A stretch of DNA of 64,000 nucleotides, taken from positions 23,386,954-23,450,953 of the forward strand of contig CP154954.1 in assembly GCA_039621445.1 (NCBI GenBank), given 5' to 3'. This stretch comes from Euglena gracilis. Lineage: Eukaryota. Each line of letters starts with the position of its first letter. Positions within the stretch are counted from its first letter, which is position 1. The position numbers and the translations under genes were made by a program. Below, one piece after another: positions 31,901 to 43,929 of this stretch. The notes beneath the pieces are model-generated. The model was given only the letters and a program-made list of their open reading frames with translations, was not told where the DNA came from and made no database searches.

Positions 31901-34046
31901 ATCAAGGACTTGCTGCTCGAGAACGTGGTTCTCGATATCGCGGATCCATATAAACCGTATGTCCTGGAGGTCGACAGCAGCGATTACGCTGTTGGCGGAG
32001 TTCTTAGCCAGCATAATGCGGCGAATGAACTCCGACCTGTGGCTTTCTTCAGCAGGAAGCTACAGGACGAAAACGGGAAAGGACAGGTTAAATGGAGCAT
32101 TCGCGAAAAGGAGACATGTGCCATTGTGCTTTTTCTCCAGAAATTCCGCAGCTGGATAGCCAGCAGCTTGGTCCAGATACTCGTATTGACGGATCATGAG
32201 AGCCTTCAACACTGGTATACCGAGGACCTAAACAAGGCCATGTCATCAGTGGGCAGAAGATGCCGATGGCATGAGTTCTTGAGCCAGTTTAACCTGGTGG
32301 TTATCTATACCCCAGGTCACACGCAAGAAGTAGCGGATCCTCTCAGCCGAGCCCCCTGGTATTATCCTGGGAACGCGGATGAGGGTGATGCGACTTTTCA
32401 TGGCAGCCATGAGGCTGACCAGTTCGCACGTCGATCCGACGCTGCGGACAACATGCTCGATTCACTACCCGTTTCCCGGGGGTATCGCAGCATCGCCATT
32501 TCACCATTGCGTGGAAGGCGCCGGCGTGGACGCACTGCCGGACCCCGTCGCAGTACGCGTACGGAAACTCCTACCCCCCTATTTTTCCGCGAATGGGATT
32601 ATTCGCGTGACCCTATATATAGTACCATTGTGAACAGACTTCGTAATGGTGAATCCATGAGAATTCCTCTCTATCACCATTGCGGCTTATTTTCCTTAAT
32701 GATTCTGGTTATAAATATTGTATACCCCAAGACCTGGTTGATGATGTGATTTTGAGCTATCACAACCATGGTCACCCTGGGGCCCCCAAACTTCTTTCAC
32801 TGGTGGGTCGCAGATATTGCACAACCCTGAGTGAAAAAGAATTATTTTCGCGCTGTTTGCGAATTTCGCAAAGGTGCCAAATTTGTCAGGCTGTAAAACC
32901 GCGCAGAGGTACCCCCCCTGGTACGATGGACTTTTTCACCGTACCACCAGACATCTTTACGTCCCTCTGCATGGATTTTCTCGAACTTGAACCTTGCAAA
33001 GGATCAGATGACAAAATTTACGATTACGTTTTTGTTGTCGTCTGTCGGCTGAGTGAGTACATAGTAGCCATTCCATGCCGGAAAGCAGGGTTGACAGCCC
33101 AAATTTTGGCATCCATATTCCTGGAGAAATGTATCTGCTTAATGGGTTTACCGAACGAAATCGTGAGTGATCAAGATCACTTGATCTCTTCGCGGTTCTT
33201 CACAACTTTGTGCGGTTTACTCGGCATTGAGCAGCATTTTTCCATTATATACCGCCCGAAAGGCAATGGTAGAGCCGAGGCAGCCGTGAAATCCGTTGTC
33301 AATATGTTTCGCCTTTCACTGCTGACTCGGGTAAGAATTGGTTATCCGTTCTTCATTGGTGTTTATTTTACATCAATACCTTGCCATGGTTGGTATTACC
33401 ACACTCACCGTACAAAATTGTTTTCGGACGAGACCCTCCGGCCATAGGGGATATCCCCTCGGAGAGATCCGCCCGAAGTAGCGTCAGCTGTGAAGCGTGG
33501 TTTGCAGAAGTGGAATCACTCCGCTCTGCAGTCCAATCACGTATCACAGAAAATCATTCCAACAAACGGAAATCGTTTTTACAAAACATCAACACACCTG
33601 TGTATAGTCCAGGTGACCGCGTGTGGGTACGGAATAACCGCACCCGCATGCAATCTTCCAAGCTAGATCCTCTTTGGCTCGGCCCATGCGAAATCTTGGA
33701 GAGGTTAGGTAGTAGCGGGCGATATAAAGTTGCCGTGCCCAACGGGATTGAGGACGTCCATATGGACGACTTCAAACCGTACCTAAGCCCCCCAGACGGA
33801 AAAGCTATCCCCTGCCTGTATTTCCAGCCCCGTTCCAGATTACCTGAAACGGACGACTTTGTGGTCGATAAGATAATAGACCACAAGGTCGACAGGGGTG
33901 TGCACTACTGGAAAGTTCGCTGGAAAGGGTATGGGCCAGAGGAGGACACTTGGGAACCAGCATCCAGTTTTGTTGGATATATCCAGCAGGATTGGAAGCT
34001 GTGGAACAAGCGCAACAACATAGACATAAACATAAACACTTTCTGA
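28979..34046 (+). pseudogene. pol: Pol of element B: PR, insert, adenine MTase, RT, RNase H, integrase, chromodomain; frameshifted
   Basis: ILIDTG (28979..30736); WRLVLDYRYLN, DLEDGFHQ, YIDD (31141..31854); DSSDYAVGGVL, TDH (31790..32749); HNHGH..CQIC, MDF, SDQD, RAE (32680..33447); [10 protein letters not shown]...[16 protein letters not shown] (33381..34046). TGA at 31099 and at least four frame changes. Confidence 0.93.
30360..30770 (+). other. DIRS-type (phage Dam-like) N6-adenine methyltransferase domain within pol of element B
   Basis: EIDAVSSKAHARLSRYWS..SNAF, frameshift near 30510, then W....LWMHPPPKLIPDVVEKI....ARGALLIP......WFHQL. This matches the D.FAS..N.....Y.S / DAF...W / xPP..LI..V+.KI / ..+.P.W....W pattern. 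Confidence 0.8.
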
Positions 34047-34243
34047 AACTATTTCGTTTTGGAGAATGTATGTGTTTTTTGTGAATGTTTCGCGTTTATG
34101 ACCCCCCCCTGCACTTCCTTATTTCTGTATCTTTCTCGCAGAGTTTTTGATTAAGATAGAAGCCTTGCTTTTTCAGTGCACCAGCACTCAAAGCGACTGA
34201 CAACAAGGTTACCCTTAGTTGTCGTCGTCGTTCGGGTAGCATC

Positions 34244-37200
34244 ATGCTGCCGGGGCGCGGACCTGGACCAGGTCCACCATGGCCACAGCCTTCTGGCGCG
34301 CCATACCCCCAGTACCCTCAGTATGCTGAGGCCCCGATTCCAGGTGCCCCACATGCTGAGAGGGTTTCAGCCCCGGTATTCGCCACGGCTACTAGCAGCC
34401 GGTCCGCATATGCGGTGCCAGATGCACCTGCCGTCCAGCAGCCGGCACCTCAGCCACCAGCGCAGCGCAGATCGCGCCTGCCCCCGTATGCAGGAGAGAT
34501 GATCTTCCGCACTACGGAGACGTTGGAGCGGGCGATGCGTATGTGCGCACACCCCCCAACGGAGCCCTTTATGCAAGCCCTTTGGGATGCATACTGTGCT
34601 CAGTTGTTGGTGGTAGCCAACACCCGGTGGCTCAGTGGTGTCCCTGTGGTCAAGCCCTGATGACGGGGAGACGGTATTTCTCGTCGGCATCCGATTCCGG
34701 ATTCGAGCCTGGCGAGACAATGATGGACCTGGGCGTGTATGTGCCGCCCATGCTGCAAACGCAGACGCCGGTGGGATCCCACACCGTGCATATGTGTGAG
34801 CACACGCCCCCACCGGTAGGTGAACCTGTGCATGTCCCACCTGGGATGACGAGAATTTTTGCTCGCCCGCCCTCGCCGCAGCGAATGCCGCCGCGCGAGC
34901 CGCCAGCGGAGCAATTTGTCTCGCAGTACGCGACGCACGCACGCGGATTACCCGCGCGGCGCACGCGTGCTCCCAGCTGGACAGTCGGACGTGCCCCCTG
35001 AGGCATACGTCCAACACATGTTCATGCACTGGATGCCACAGGCATTACCGGTTGCCCCTGTCCCTGGCGTTGAGCCACGGCGACAGGTGGAGCCCATAGT
35101 GGTGGAGGATGAACCTCCCCACCGTGTGCCAGCCCGACCGCCCAGTGCAGCCCCTGTCCAGACTGGGGATATTCCCCGTCGGCAGGAAACTCCCTACTAT
35201 TACATGGCACCTCCGGGAACCGAGCAGGATGAGCTTGCTCGGCACTTCCTGCAGGAGCCAGCACTCGCGTCTGAAGAGCACCGGTCGAGGTATTACGCCT
35301 CTCTGGCTGCCCTTCAGGGCCGTGGATACACCCCCTACCATCCGTACCAGCCGCAGCTGCGGGTGGCAACCCCGGTATTACCCGGTGAGCCCCCGGCAGG
35401 TGTGGCAGTATTACCTGCCACCCTGAAGCGCGACAGGACTACGGAGAACCTTACCCCACAGCCCAGGCGACCCAGCCCACGGGACGCGGAAGGCGGTGTG
35501 GCAATGCAGGTGGAAGCCAGCCAGGATACCCCGACTGGACGACCACCGGCAGAGGCACAGGTGGCGATGAGCCGTCCTGTTGCCGCTATGCCACCGCCGA
35601 TCCCTCCGGTATGGAAGGAGCCGCGACCCCCTGCGTCGAAGCCAAGCCCACGCCAGACTCCTAGCCAGCGCCCAGCCACGCCATCACCACGACGTGCAGC
35701 GGAGCGGCCAGGTCCCTCCCAGGAGATGGAATTGGAAGGAACCGAACCGACTCCGGCGGCACCGAGCGCCCGACCCTCTGGTATTCGCCAGACGGGAAAG
35801 GACACAGGCAAGGCCGAGGGCAAAGGCAAGGGAGAAGGCAAAGGCGTGGCCGTCAAAGGGAAGGGTGAGGGTAAAGGTAAGGGAACAGCACGTGAGGAGG
35901 AAGAGGAACCAGCTGAAGTCCTCTCGGACTTTGAGCATATGCTCAGGTTCAAGGAGGAGCTGGAGGACGAAGGCTGGCGAATGCAGCATGATTACCATGT
36001 TGCAGGAAACCGCCCCGTCACCCCTCCACAAGCAGTCATCGATGTGGTATTACGCCACACCGAGAACAGAGTCAGACTGTTCCATTACGGAATAGATCTG
36101 TACGCCATCGAAGGTGAAGGTGGCAGACCCTTGCTGGATGCCCAGCCTGGTTTCTGGGAGCTCTGGTTTTGGCTGGGATACCCCTGCCAGAACTGGGGTC
36201 TCTTCAGCGACTCCACTGGTCGCAGTTACCTGCACCAGTTGGGATTTCGGGACCAGCGTGTGTTGGCCCGAAGGCTGAAGGCAATCTTCGACTGTATTCA
36301 TACAGTCGGACCCCTCGGTGTGCAGTGGGAAATCTACCCACTACACCCTGACATCGAACGCCTGATCGAGGTGTTGTGGTGCAACAACCTCCAGGTGTGG
36401 CTGGTGAGCCATTACGGCTCCACCTTCCGCGTTAAGCGTGTTTCCCTGGCTTACCCGCAGAGGTATGACCTCTGCTGTAAGTACTGCCGGCAGGAATTTC
36501 CTGTCGAGTTCTGGGGATTCGGCGTGCGCGGAAGTCCTCCACCGCCTCGTGATAACCCGGGCGTGGAGATGGGACGCCGCATGCTTATGCATGTGTGCCG
36601 CGACGCCCCGGATGTCCAGGGCAAAAGTCGCCGCGTCCACAAGCAGCGTATTTTTATGCTGCAGCAGTTCTGGTGGCGAGCCTGGACCACCTATGTCATG
36701 GAGGTGTATATACATCTCCGTGACCCCCAGGACGATAGGCCTGGTATGGAAAGCCTGCCACCGGATTACGGTGACGCCATCGAGGGTCCTCGTCGTCGGA
36801 TTCTCGGCCACCTGCGCCCCAACTGGCACCTGGCTGATATCAGCCTGCAGGAACATTTGCGGCGACAGTTTGGCGGTACCCTCGACCGGGAGGTATTCCT
36901 TCCGCTGATGTGTCACCCGGAGGCCATCCTCGAACAGCGTATGCCGATTCTGGCATGCGTTCAGGAGTTCGAGGAGGGCTTTTTCGAGGTCTGGGAAGAC
37001 ACGCGTTACCGCGGCTTCCTGGGCCCGAACAGGCCTGCCAACGCCTGGGTGCAGCCATCATGGCCGCCACCCTGGCCCAACAGCGCCAGCAGCAGTACGC
37101 TGGCCTTTTACAGGCTGGCGGATGCCCAGGGATGCCGATGGCACCCCGACGATCCTCGTTCGCCCGAGGATCTGCGCGCCTTCATCGCCCCAGAGGATGA

Positions 37201-39009
37201 ACCTCTGGCGCGCAGGAGACGGGAGGCGTCAGTCGCTTCCAGCACCGCGATTCCGCGGCGGGAGGAACGCGACCGCAGCCCCTCCGTCACCATCCTGGAG
37301 GCAGCGCCGCCGTCTCCGACAGGAACGGCTGTATCCTTCGTCTCTGCCCCGCGAGAGGCAAGGGAACGATCGGTTTCCCCGGCCTCCGCGGCGGCTCCCG
37401 TCTGTCCACCGGTAGGTGGAGACCAGGAACTCCCTGAGGAGGAAGGTGAGAACGTGGAGGATATCCTCTACGACGCTCTGCCTGCTCCGGCACAGCCTAG
37501 GCCAGACGGAGCACCCGCAGGGGATATACCTGTGGCTGCTACGCCTGTTCCAACGGCTGAGCCTCCAGCCGAGGTGACTGGTATGGTCGTCGAGGATATC
37601 CTCGAAGAACCTGCCAGTCCCACAGCACGCACCTCGTTAGGAGGCCGTGTGCTCGGCGCCGTAGTCACCGGCATTACTGCCGTGGCTGCTGCACTAACGC
37701 CGCGGGGTGGAGGCGTAGCACAAAGCTCCGCCGCCGAGGTCGTGGAGACACCAGATGTCGGTGTCCCCACACCCCCATCTCCGGCAGCAGTGCAACCACC
37801 TTCAGGGGATGAACCCCAGCCGACAGAGCCATCTGTCGCACCGGCTACCGCGGAGGAGCAACCTCCTGTAGCACCTGCGCCAGCGGTTGTGGAGGATCAA
37901 CCTCCTAGACCGGATGTCGAAATGGAAGTGGAGGAGATACCCCCACGACCACCGACACCGCGCAGGGTCCCTGCCGTCCCGAGGACAATGTCAGAGTTTC
38001 TGGGAGTGCCAGCACCTGTGGAAGCACCGATTCCGGTGACGACCACAGTGCTACGCCTCGTCGGACAGGATGAACCTGCCCGGCGACGGCCGGCTGAACA
38101 ACCTCGGGAACGAGTGCCGACCCCTCGGAGCGTCATGCGTGACCCAGCGGTCAGTATGCCCGCTTCGCCCAGACGGCAAGCGTCTACTCCGGCACCATCG
38201 GCTCCTGATACCAGGAGTAAGCCGTAGGCATCGCCTCCTGATTCCGGGAGGGCGAAGCCGAAAGGAGGCAAACCGGGTGCTGCACCCTGTAAGCCCCCTG
38301 CCAAAGGCGGTGATGGTAAACCACCACCGAAAGGTGGCGCTGGATGTCAGACTGGCGGACAGCCGAAAGGCCCTACGACAATGCACGACTATTCGGCCGT
38401 TGCATCGTCCGGGTACGGCCAGAGCAAACCGAAAGGTAAGGCTCGTGGCCGACAGGCCCAATCTTCCGCCGGATCGACGGACGAGGAGCAGGATGAACCT
38501 GCTTCACCTCCTGTGTCTGCGGATGCCCATCTATGGACTCAGGATATCCTGACCAGACTAGGCACCGTGGAAGAGAGGACGAAGAAACTGGCTGCTATTA
38601 GGCACTAAAAAGGGTCACTGAATCGATGGATTCAGCCCCTCTTCGTCCGGAGAGAACCTTTCCACTATGTCCCGGAACATACCTGGACATTCTGGAATAG
38701 GCGCTCACCCAGAGTACTGGCACAGTACTTTGGCGAGGACTGCGTGTTGGATTTCCAGCACGGCACGTCCTTTGCCTGGACGTGCACCGTGTGCCACCAT
38801 GTGCGGCACAGCCAACCGCTTGTGCATGTGTGTAAGCGGCAGGTGCAACCCTCGTGGTTCCATCACAGGGCATATGTGCCGAACTGTGTAGCGCTCGTAT
38901 GTGGCGAGTGCCTGAACGCCTGGAAGCACAGCTTGAACTACTCATACAGTGAGAATGCTCACGACAGGGATATCCCTGCCTTGTGCATCAACTGTATAGG
39001 GGCCAAGAG
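34244..39009 (+). pseudogene. ORF3 of element B: very large unknown protein with Pro-rich linkers, a Trp-rich globular domain and Cys/His clusters
   Basis: ORF pieces 34244..34660, 34543..35001, 34859..38227 (TAG where a paralogue has Gln), 38381..38608 and 38744..39034; cut at 39010 by an inverted LTR. Confidence 0.75.
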
Positions 39010-40070
39010 TGTACGTCCAAGGACTTCCCTTTGACCCCTTTTGTCCCGGAAAAGCCTGTTTTGCTTTCTCCTGGTGCGCACCTACTTAGGTGAATAAAAA
39101 TCCTTGGAGTAACAAAGCCCTTTTCCCCAATTCCCCTATGCTAAGGCAGAGCACAAGGCAAGTCGCTGTGTAAGGATTTTCCTTCACAGTCGTGTTCAGT
39201 CCTTTCAGAGGTTTATCCTCTTACTTCAAAACAGTCAAAATGTGAAGAATAGAATAAGGAATACCACCTGTGGGGGAAGGAGAGAAAAGTGCTGACGTGT
39301 CCAGGGGCAGATCCCGGAAGGGTCTGCCACGATCCTACCAGCTGTGGTTTTCCACAGTGGTGCGACCGTCACAGAACCCACTCTGCAGATATCCTACAGA
39401 GCTGGGACGTGCCTGGTACACATCCCCCTCCCAGGGCTACGCCCGATTTCCTTCATGGACCAGGGATTCCCAGGTCCAGTCAGGATATCTGACGCTTCCC
39501 CGTTGAGGTTCACTACTACTCCATTCGGTGTCTCTCCTTTCCGCACAGTGGCATCCACCCAAATCCCAAAAACGCGCAAAAGGTTAGCCGCGTTTCGCGG
39601 TTACCTATTAGCCGTTTAGGCTAAGGTGGGGTGTGAAAAAGCCCACTGTAGGATACGGGGCTGGGCAGGTTTCATGACAAAGTGTCCCATCCACCCACTT
39701 TGGGTGTGCCAAAGGCAGGCGGGGTTGGTCAAGCGTATTCGCTGAAAACCCGAGGGGAGAGGTGTGGAAGGGGGGGGGCAGGCTCCTATCCTGGTAATAC
39801 CCGGATAGGGCTCCTAGGCGGTCATATCCGCACTAGGAAACAAAAGCCTACTTACAAAACCGACTGCCGGCGACAGCTTTGCGGGGGTGGGGGGAAAGTA
39901 GGGAGGAGAGGGGGGCTGGCTTACGCCAGAACAGAATTTTTGCTGTCTGGCAGCCTTAAGGGGCCTTAGGGACGAAAAGTGACAACTTGGCCTATTATTA
40001 TGGCGTGCGCGCTGTGTGCTGTGTGTCACTTAGCGGCTTGCCAGGTTTCCCGGCTGCCAAGGTCTTCACA
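39010..40070 (-). repeat. Diverged LTR of the element-B family in reverse orientation
   Basis: Begins TGTACGTC (reverse complement of the LTR end GACGTACA); shares blocks with 42937 onward (CGCCTGGTACACATCCCCCTCCCAGGGC-like, CCCATCCACCCA.TTTGGGTGTGCCAAAGGCA, CTGCCGGCGACAGC). Right end approximate. Confidence 0.7.
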
Positions 40071-40322
40071 GCAGCAGCTCCTTCACGACGCAATAAGAGG
40101 CGATTACCTCTTGCAGACAGCTTCCGTCCGCATGGCCATTGGTATAGGGGTGGCGGGGGGGGTCATGGATGCTTCCATCCAGAGCGCAGAGTGTGTGTCA
40201 CAGACCCAGGGTCATCCCAGGGCTGTTTAGCGATTTCCGCTACCAGTGTGTATATAGTATATGGGTGTCCAGGCTCCATGAAAGCACTGACCTTACATGG
40301 GCCTGGTAATGCCGTTTCGGCG

Positions 40323-42929
40323 TTACATCCGTTCCAGCCGCCAATAATCATGGCGGGAGTCCAAGGGATCTTCCACAAGGACCATCTGGAATTGTGGTGT
40401 TGGTGGCCTATCTACGAGCCAGGTTTCTGGCGATTCGTATTCGAAGTCAGGTACCACCCAGTCCCGAACCCATCCTTCGGGGACTGTCTGCTTGGTTGCG
40501 CTCGCTCTTTCCGCGAGGAACCACTGCAGCTTCTCCCAGAATTTCCTGGGCAGAGTGGCTGGCCAGATGAAGTAGTTCATCCGTGGATGATTGGCTGACA
40601 CCTGCGGGGCATTCCCCGGGTGGAAGTCAATTGGCATGTCATACGCACATTCCGCGCCGACTGTATGGGGTCGTAATACGGCCCCAAGCCAGTCTTTCCA
40701 GGTCATCCCGTGGTTTTCGGGTGGCCATTGTGGCAGACACCAGCGACCGTTTCGGTCCTGGGTTTGGAACAGGCGAAAAAGTATCTTTTCCCTGTCCGCA
40801 GTCTCCCAGAGGTAAGGTAATCTTACCCCTGCTTCCTCAGCCGCGAGGCGTATCGCCCCACTGTCGACCTGCCAGCCACGGGCCATTCCCCTGTGGCGGT
40901 AGTTGTACAGCTTGAGGTTGGAGTACTTGAAAAAATCCTTGTACTTTTTGTGCAAGGTTGAGTATTCCTCCAGTGGCTTCTGGGCACTTGGCACGATTGT
41001 GCGAACTGCGCCTTCCGCAGTTTGCCAGAAGGTACCTCGAAGGCAATTGACGCAGAGTATCGGTACATTCGTACCGTCTCTCTCTGTGTAGCTAAATTTG
41101 TGTTTGTGGGTCCAACTGTCCACGCACTTGGCGCATACCAAGGCGGCACAGTTGGGGATGTATACATCCTTGTGGAACGATTTCCGATCCACAGGGTTGC
41201 ACACATGGACGAGGAGTAATCCCAAGTCAGGTGCACTGTTATACATCTTGTGGCATACAGTGCAAAGCCACACAAAACGGTTTTCCGTTGTTTTGTAGAT
41301 GAGGAATTCCTCACCGAAGTATTGGGCCAAAACACGGGGGGATCTGGAATTGTAATAATTCCAGGACACGTTCTGATCAAAGGACCATTTTCGGCCTTGA
41401 CAGAACAGTGGCTCAATCCACCGGTTGAGGCATTGCTGTGTCCTCAGTTTGTGGTCGATCATCATGTACCTGTTTTTCAGGTCATGAATCTCAGGATCAT
41501 CCTGATTGACCGCGTTCCAGTCGATGACAACTTCGTCTTCCGAAGGTGTCTCGGCTGCTGAGGCGCGGGATTTTCCCTGCCCCTTTGACGAAGGTTTCGG
41601 CTGTGAGGTTTTCCCATAGCCGGATGGTGTGACGTGCGTGAATCCTTGTCCCGAGGTTGATCCCCGAGAAGAGGATGCAGCACTCTGGCCGCCAGCACCA
41701 CTACCGCCTTTCGGTGGGGGCTGATCACCAGGTTTCGGTGTGGGCTTACAAGGTGCGGCGCCCGGCTTTGATTTTGCAGGGGCCTTCGGACTTCCGGTTT
41801 CCGGAGCATCCGAGGGCCGTCGATCGGCGTCGCGTTTGCTTGCCCAGGTGCGTGGTGACGCTTGGGACTGGGGTCTTCTCCCCGACACCGAGCGTCGTTG
41901 ACCTTCAGCAGGGGTTTCCCCAGCTGAGGGTCGTCCTACGCGTTCTCTCGCGCCTTCCGTGGGTTTCCCAGTGGCAGCCGTGGGGGATGGTGTGGGTGTA
42001 GGCTTGGCTGGCGCACTTCGCGCTGGTTCAGCCTGTGGTGGGGGTATGGTCGTCCGCTCGGCCTGTTTTTCAGGCGCCGGTGTCCGTGTGCCTGAATACT
42101 TTGGTACAGTGGCTGTGGATGTGCGCTGAGGTGCGGGTTCATCCCGTGCCTCGGCTGGCGCTACCGGTGCTGATACAGGTTCATCCCGTACTGGCACGGT
42201 TGTTGTTGTCTCCACTGCGATTGCTGTCTGTTCGCCTTCCGTCCGTGTCGCTTCCGACACCGGCAATGGCGCCGCCGCTGGGGGAGGGTCATCCTCCACC
42301 ATGGCTGTTGTGTCATGTGTGTCTTCCGCCGGCTGGGCAGTTTCCGCCGCACCTGTGGAAGAACTGGCCGCAGTGCCACGTGGAGTGACAACTGCGATCA
42401 GTGACCGCAAACCACCGAGTACGCGTCCGCCCAGCGAGGTGCGCCGTTCAGGTTCTTCACCTGAGGTGGGCTCCTCCGGTGGCTCCTCTGTCGACGGGGT
42501 TTCCCCTGAAACAGGGAGCTTGAGGCGTAATACCTCAGGCGTGTGGGGTACCGTCTCCGGCGGGTTTTCCCGTGGAGGGGTCGGTACACCTGTCGTACTC
42601 AGTGAGGTGGGTGACTGTGGGACAGGTGTCATTTCACCTGCCGGCGACCCTGGGCGCTGGGCAGTTTCTGCCACAGTGTCCAGCATCACGACAGATGGGC
42701 TACGGGTTTCCCGTGCCGGAGGTTCCGCTGGCTGAGGTTCATCCTCGGCCATGGGGACCGTGTCTTCCTCCTCCTCCGCTTCCGGAGGATAGTCCTCTGT
42801 GTGGAGTTGTGCTGCAGTACGCGGGTCTTTTCCGCTTCTGTAGCACCCTTGTGCGTCGGACAGGCGGTAAAAGCTTATACTTTCACTCCTGTCAGAGTTG
42901 TGGTATGGGGGCGGCCACGACGCTCTCAC
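40323..42929 (-). CDS. C-terminal ~870 aa of an ORF3 homologue (copy 3), open to its stop codon, 5'-truncated
   Basis: SWPPP..NS......FYRL.DAQGC, RTSLGGRVLG, KPGAAPCKP, PRVLAQYFGE, W.CTVCH...LVHVC...Y.PNC.ALVC..C and LC.NC are shared with 34859-39009. Confidence 0.85.
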   Translation of the reverse strand: MRASWPPPYHNSDRSESISFYRLSDAQGCYRSGKDPRTAAQLHTEDYPPEAEEEEDTVPMAEDEPQPAEPPARETRSPSVVMLDTVAETAQRPGSPAGEMTPVPQSPTSLSTTGVPTPPRENPPETVPHTPEVLRLKLPVSGETPSTEEPPEEPTSGEEPERRTSLGGRVLGGLRSLIAVVTPRGTAASSSTGAAETAQPAEDTHDTTAMVEDDPPPAAAPLPVSEATRTEGEQTAIAVETTTTVPVRDEPVSAPVAPAEARDEPAPQRTSTATVPKYSGTRTPAPEKQAERTTIPPPQAEPARSAPAKPTPTPSPTAATGKPTEGARERVGRPSAGETPAEGQRRSVSGRRPQSQASPRTWASKRDADRRPSDAPETGSPKAPAKSKPGAAPCKPTPKPGDQPPPKGGSGAGGQSAASSSRGSTSGQGFTHVTPSGYGKTSQPKPSSKGQGKSRASAAETPSEDEVVIDWNAVNQDDPEIHDLKNRYMMIDHKLRTQQCLNRWIEPLFCQGRKWSFDQNVSWNYYNSRSPRVLAQYFGEEFLIYKTTENRFVWLCTVCHKMYNSAPDLGLLLVHVCNPVDRKSFHKDVYIPNCAALVCAKCVDSWTHKHKFSYTERDGTNVPILCVNCLRGTFWQTAEGAVRTIVPSAQKPLEEYSTLHKKYKDFFKYSNLKLYNYRHRGMARGWQVDSGAIRLAAEEAGVRLPYLWETADREKILFRLFQTQDRNGRWCLPQWPPENHGMTWKDWLGAVLRPHTVGAECAYDMPIDFHPGNAPQVSANHPRMNYFIWPATLPRKFWEKLQWFLAERASATKQTVPEGWVRDWVVPDFEYESPETWLVDRPPTPQFQMVLVEDPLDSRHDYWRLERM

Positions 42930-42936
42930 CCAGCAG

Positions 42937-43910
42937 TGTCCGTCTGATCTTCCCTTTTCCCCAAAAAGCCTCGCTTTCGCCCTGGTGCGGACCTACTTAG
43001 GGAAGAGAAAATCAGAGTAACGAAAAACCCTTTTCCCAACTTCCCGAGAAGCAAAGCACAGAGAGAGGATGGGAAAGGATAACGGACTATAATAAGTCCG
43101 AGGAAGAAAGGGAAAAAAAATATAAAGAATACCACCTGTGGAGAGAGAAAGGGGGAGTGACAAGATCCTAATAGGATCTGCTCTCATGCCTACTTCCTTA
43201 TCAGGAGGGCAGAGATCATACGCCTGGTACACATCCCCCTCCCAGGGCAATGCCCGATTTCCCTTCTGGACCAGGCATTCTGGTCAAAGAGATGCCGGAC
43301 ACAGACCTAGTCTGTGGGAGGTGTACCCTGACGCATTCTCAGGGTCCCCTTTCCATCGCACAGGGGTCCACTCAAAAACGCGAAAGGGAGGGGAACCCAA
43401 ACAGCCAAAAACGCGCAAAACGGTTTCACCTATTTTGCCAGGCTTATGGGTATAGTATATTACAGCCCGCTGGGGAAAATGGGGCTGGCAGGTTTCCTTG
43501 CTCAGCAAACCCATCCACCCAGTTTGGGTGTGCCAAAGGCACTTGGGGTTGGGTCCATGGGCATTGCAGGAAATCCCATGGGGAGGGTGTGGAAGGAGGG
43601 GGCCTCTGACCAGTCAAACCTGGGCATGGAGCATGGCCAGTCAAACCTGACCACGCAAAAGAAAAATCTTACTCTACAAAAACAACTGCCGGCGACAGCA
43701 TTTTGCCCCTGGGGGAAAGCAGAGAGGAGTGGGGGGTTGGCTTAGGCCGGAAAAGTTGTGCTTCTCTGGCAGCCTTAAGGCCTCAAACGGCCAAAAAGAA
43801 AAAGGAAAGGAAAATATGGGCCTTCGGCCCAGTGCGCTGCGTGTCGCACGCTCGCGAGAAGGGAGAGGGGAGAGGGGTGTGCGTGCATGCGCACGGAATC
43901 CTGCACATGG
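42937..43910 (-). repeat. Another diverged LTR of the element-B family in reverse orientation
   Basis: Begins TGTCCGTCTGAT; its reverse complement aligns by eye with 24293-24615. Right end approximate. Confidence 0.75.
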
Positions 43911-43929
43911 CAGCATCCCGGTGGGGACT

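Larger units (their letters stand above)
24170..39009 (+). mobile_element. Decayed Ty3/gypsy chromodomain LTR retrotransposon (element B) with an adenine methyltransferase domain and a large third ORF; 3' end truncated
   Basis: Partial LTR ending ...GACGTACA (24615), PBS, gag with CCHC knuckle, PR, MTase, RT, RH, IN, chromodomain, then ORF3; several frameshifts and stops. Confidence 0.92.

Noticed and set aside
34244-39009. ORF3 as a retroviral envelope gene
   Set aside because: No evident signal peptide or transmembrane anchor in any copy, including the complete C-terminus at 40323.
24170-40070. DIRS-like element with inverted terminal repeats (LTR at 24.2-24.6 kb versus inverted copy at 39 kb)
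   Set aside because: The two repeats are clearly diverged, the element has a DDE integrase, protease and tRNA PBS, and no tyrosine recombinase is visible.
43856-43880. Plus-strand polypurine tract followed by TGT as the start of another LTR
   Set aside because: No second copy of the downstream sequence and no plus-strand element upstream; it lies at the edge of a reverse-oriented LTR.
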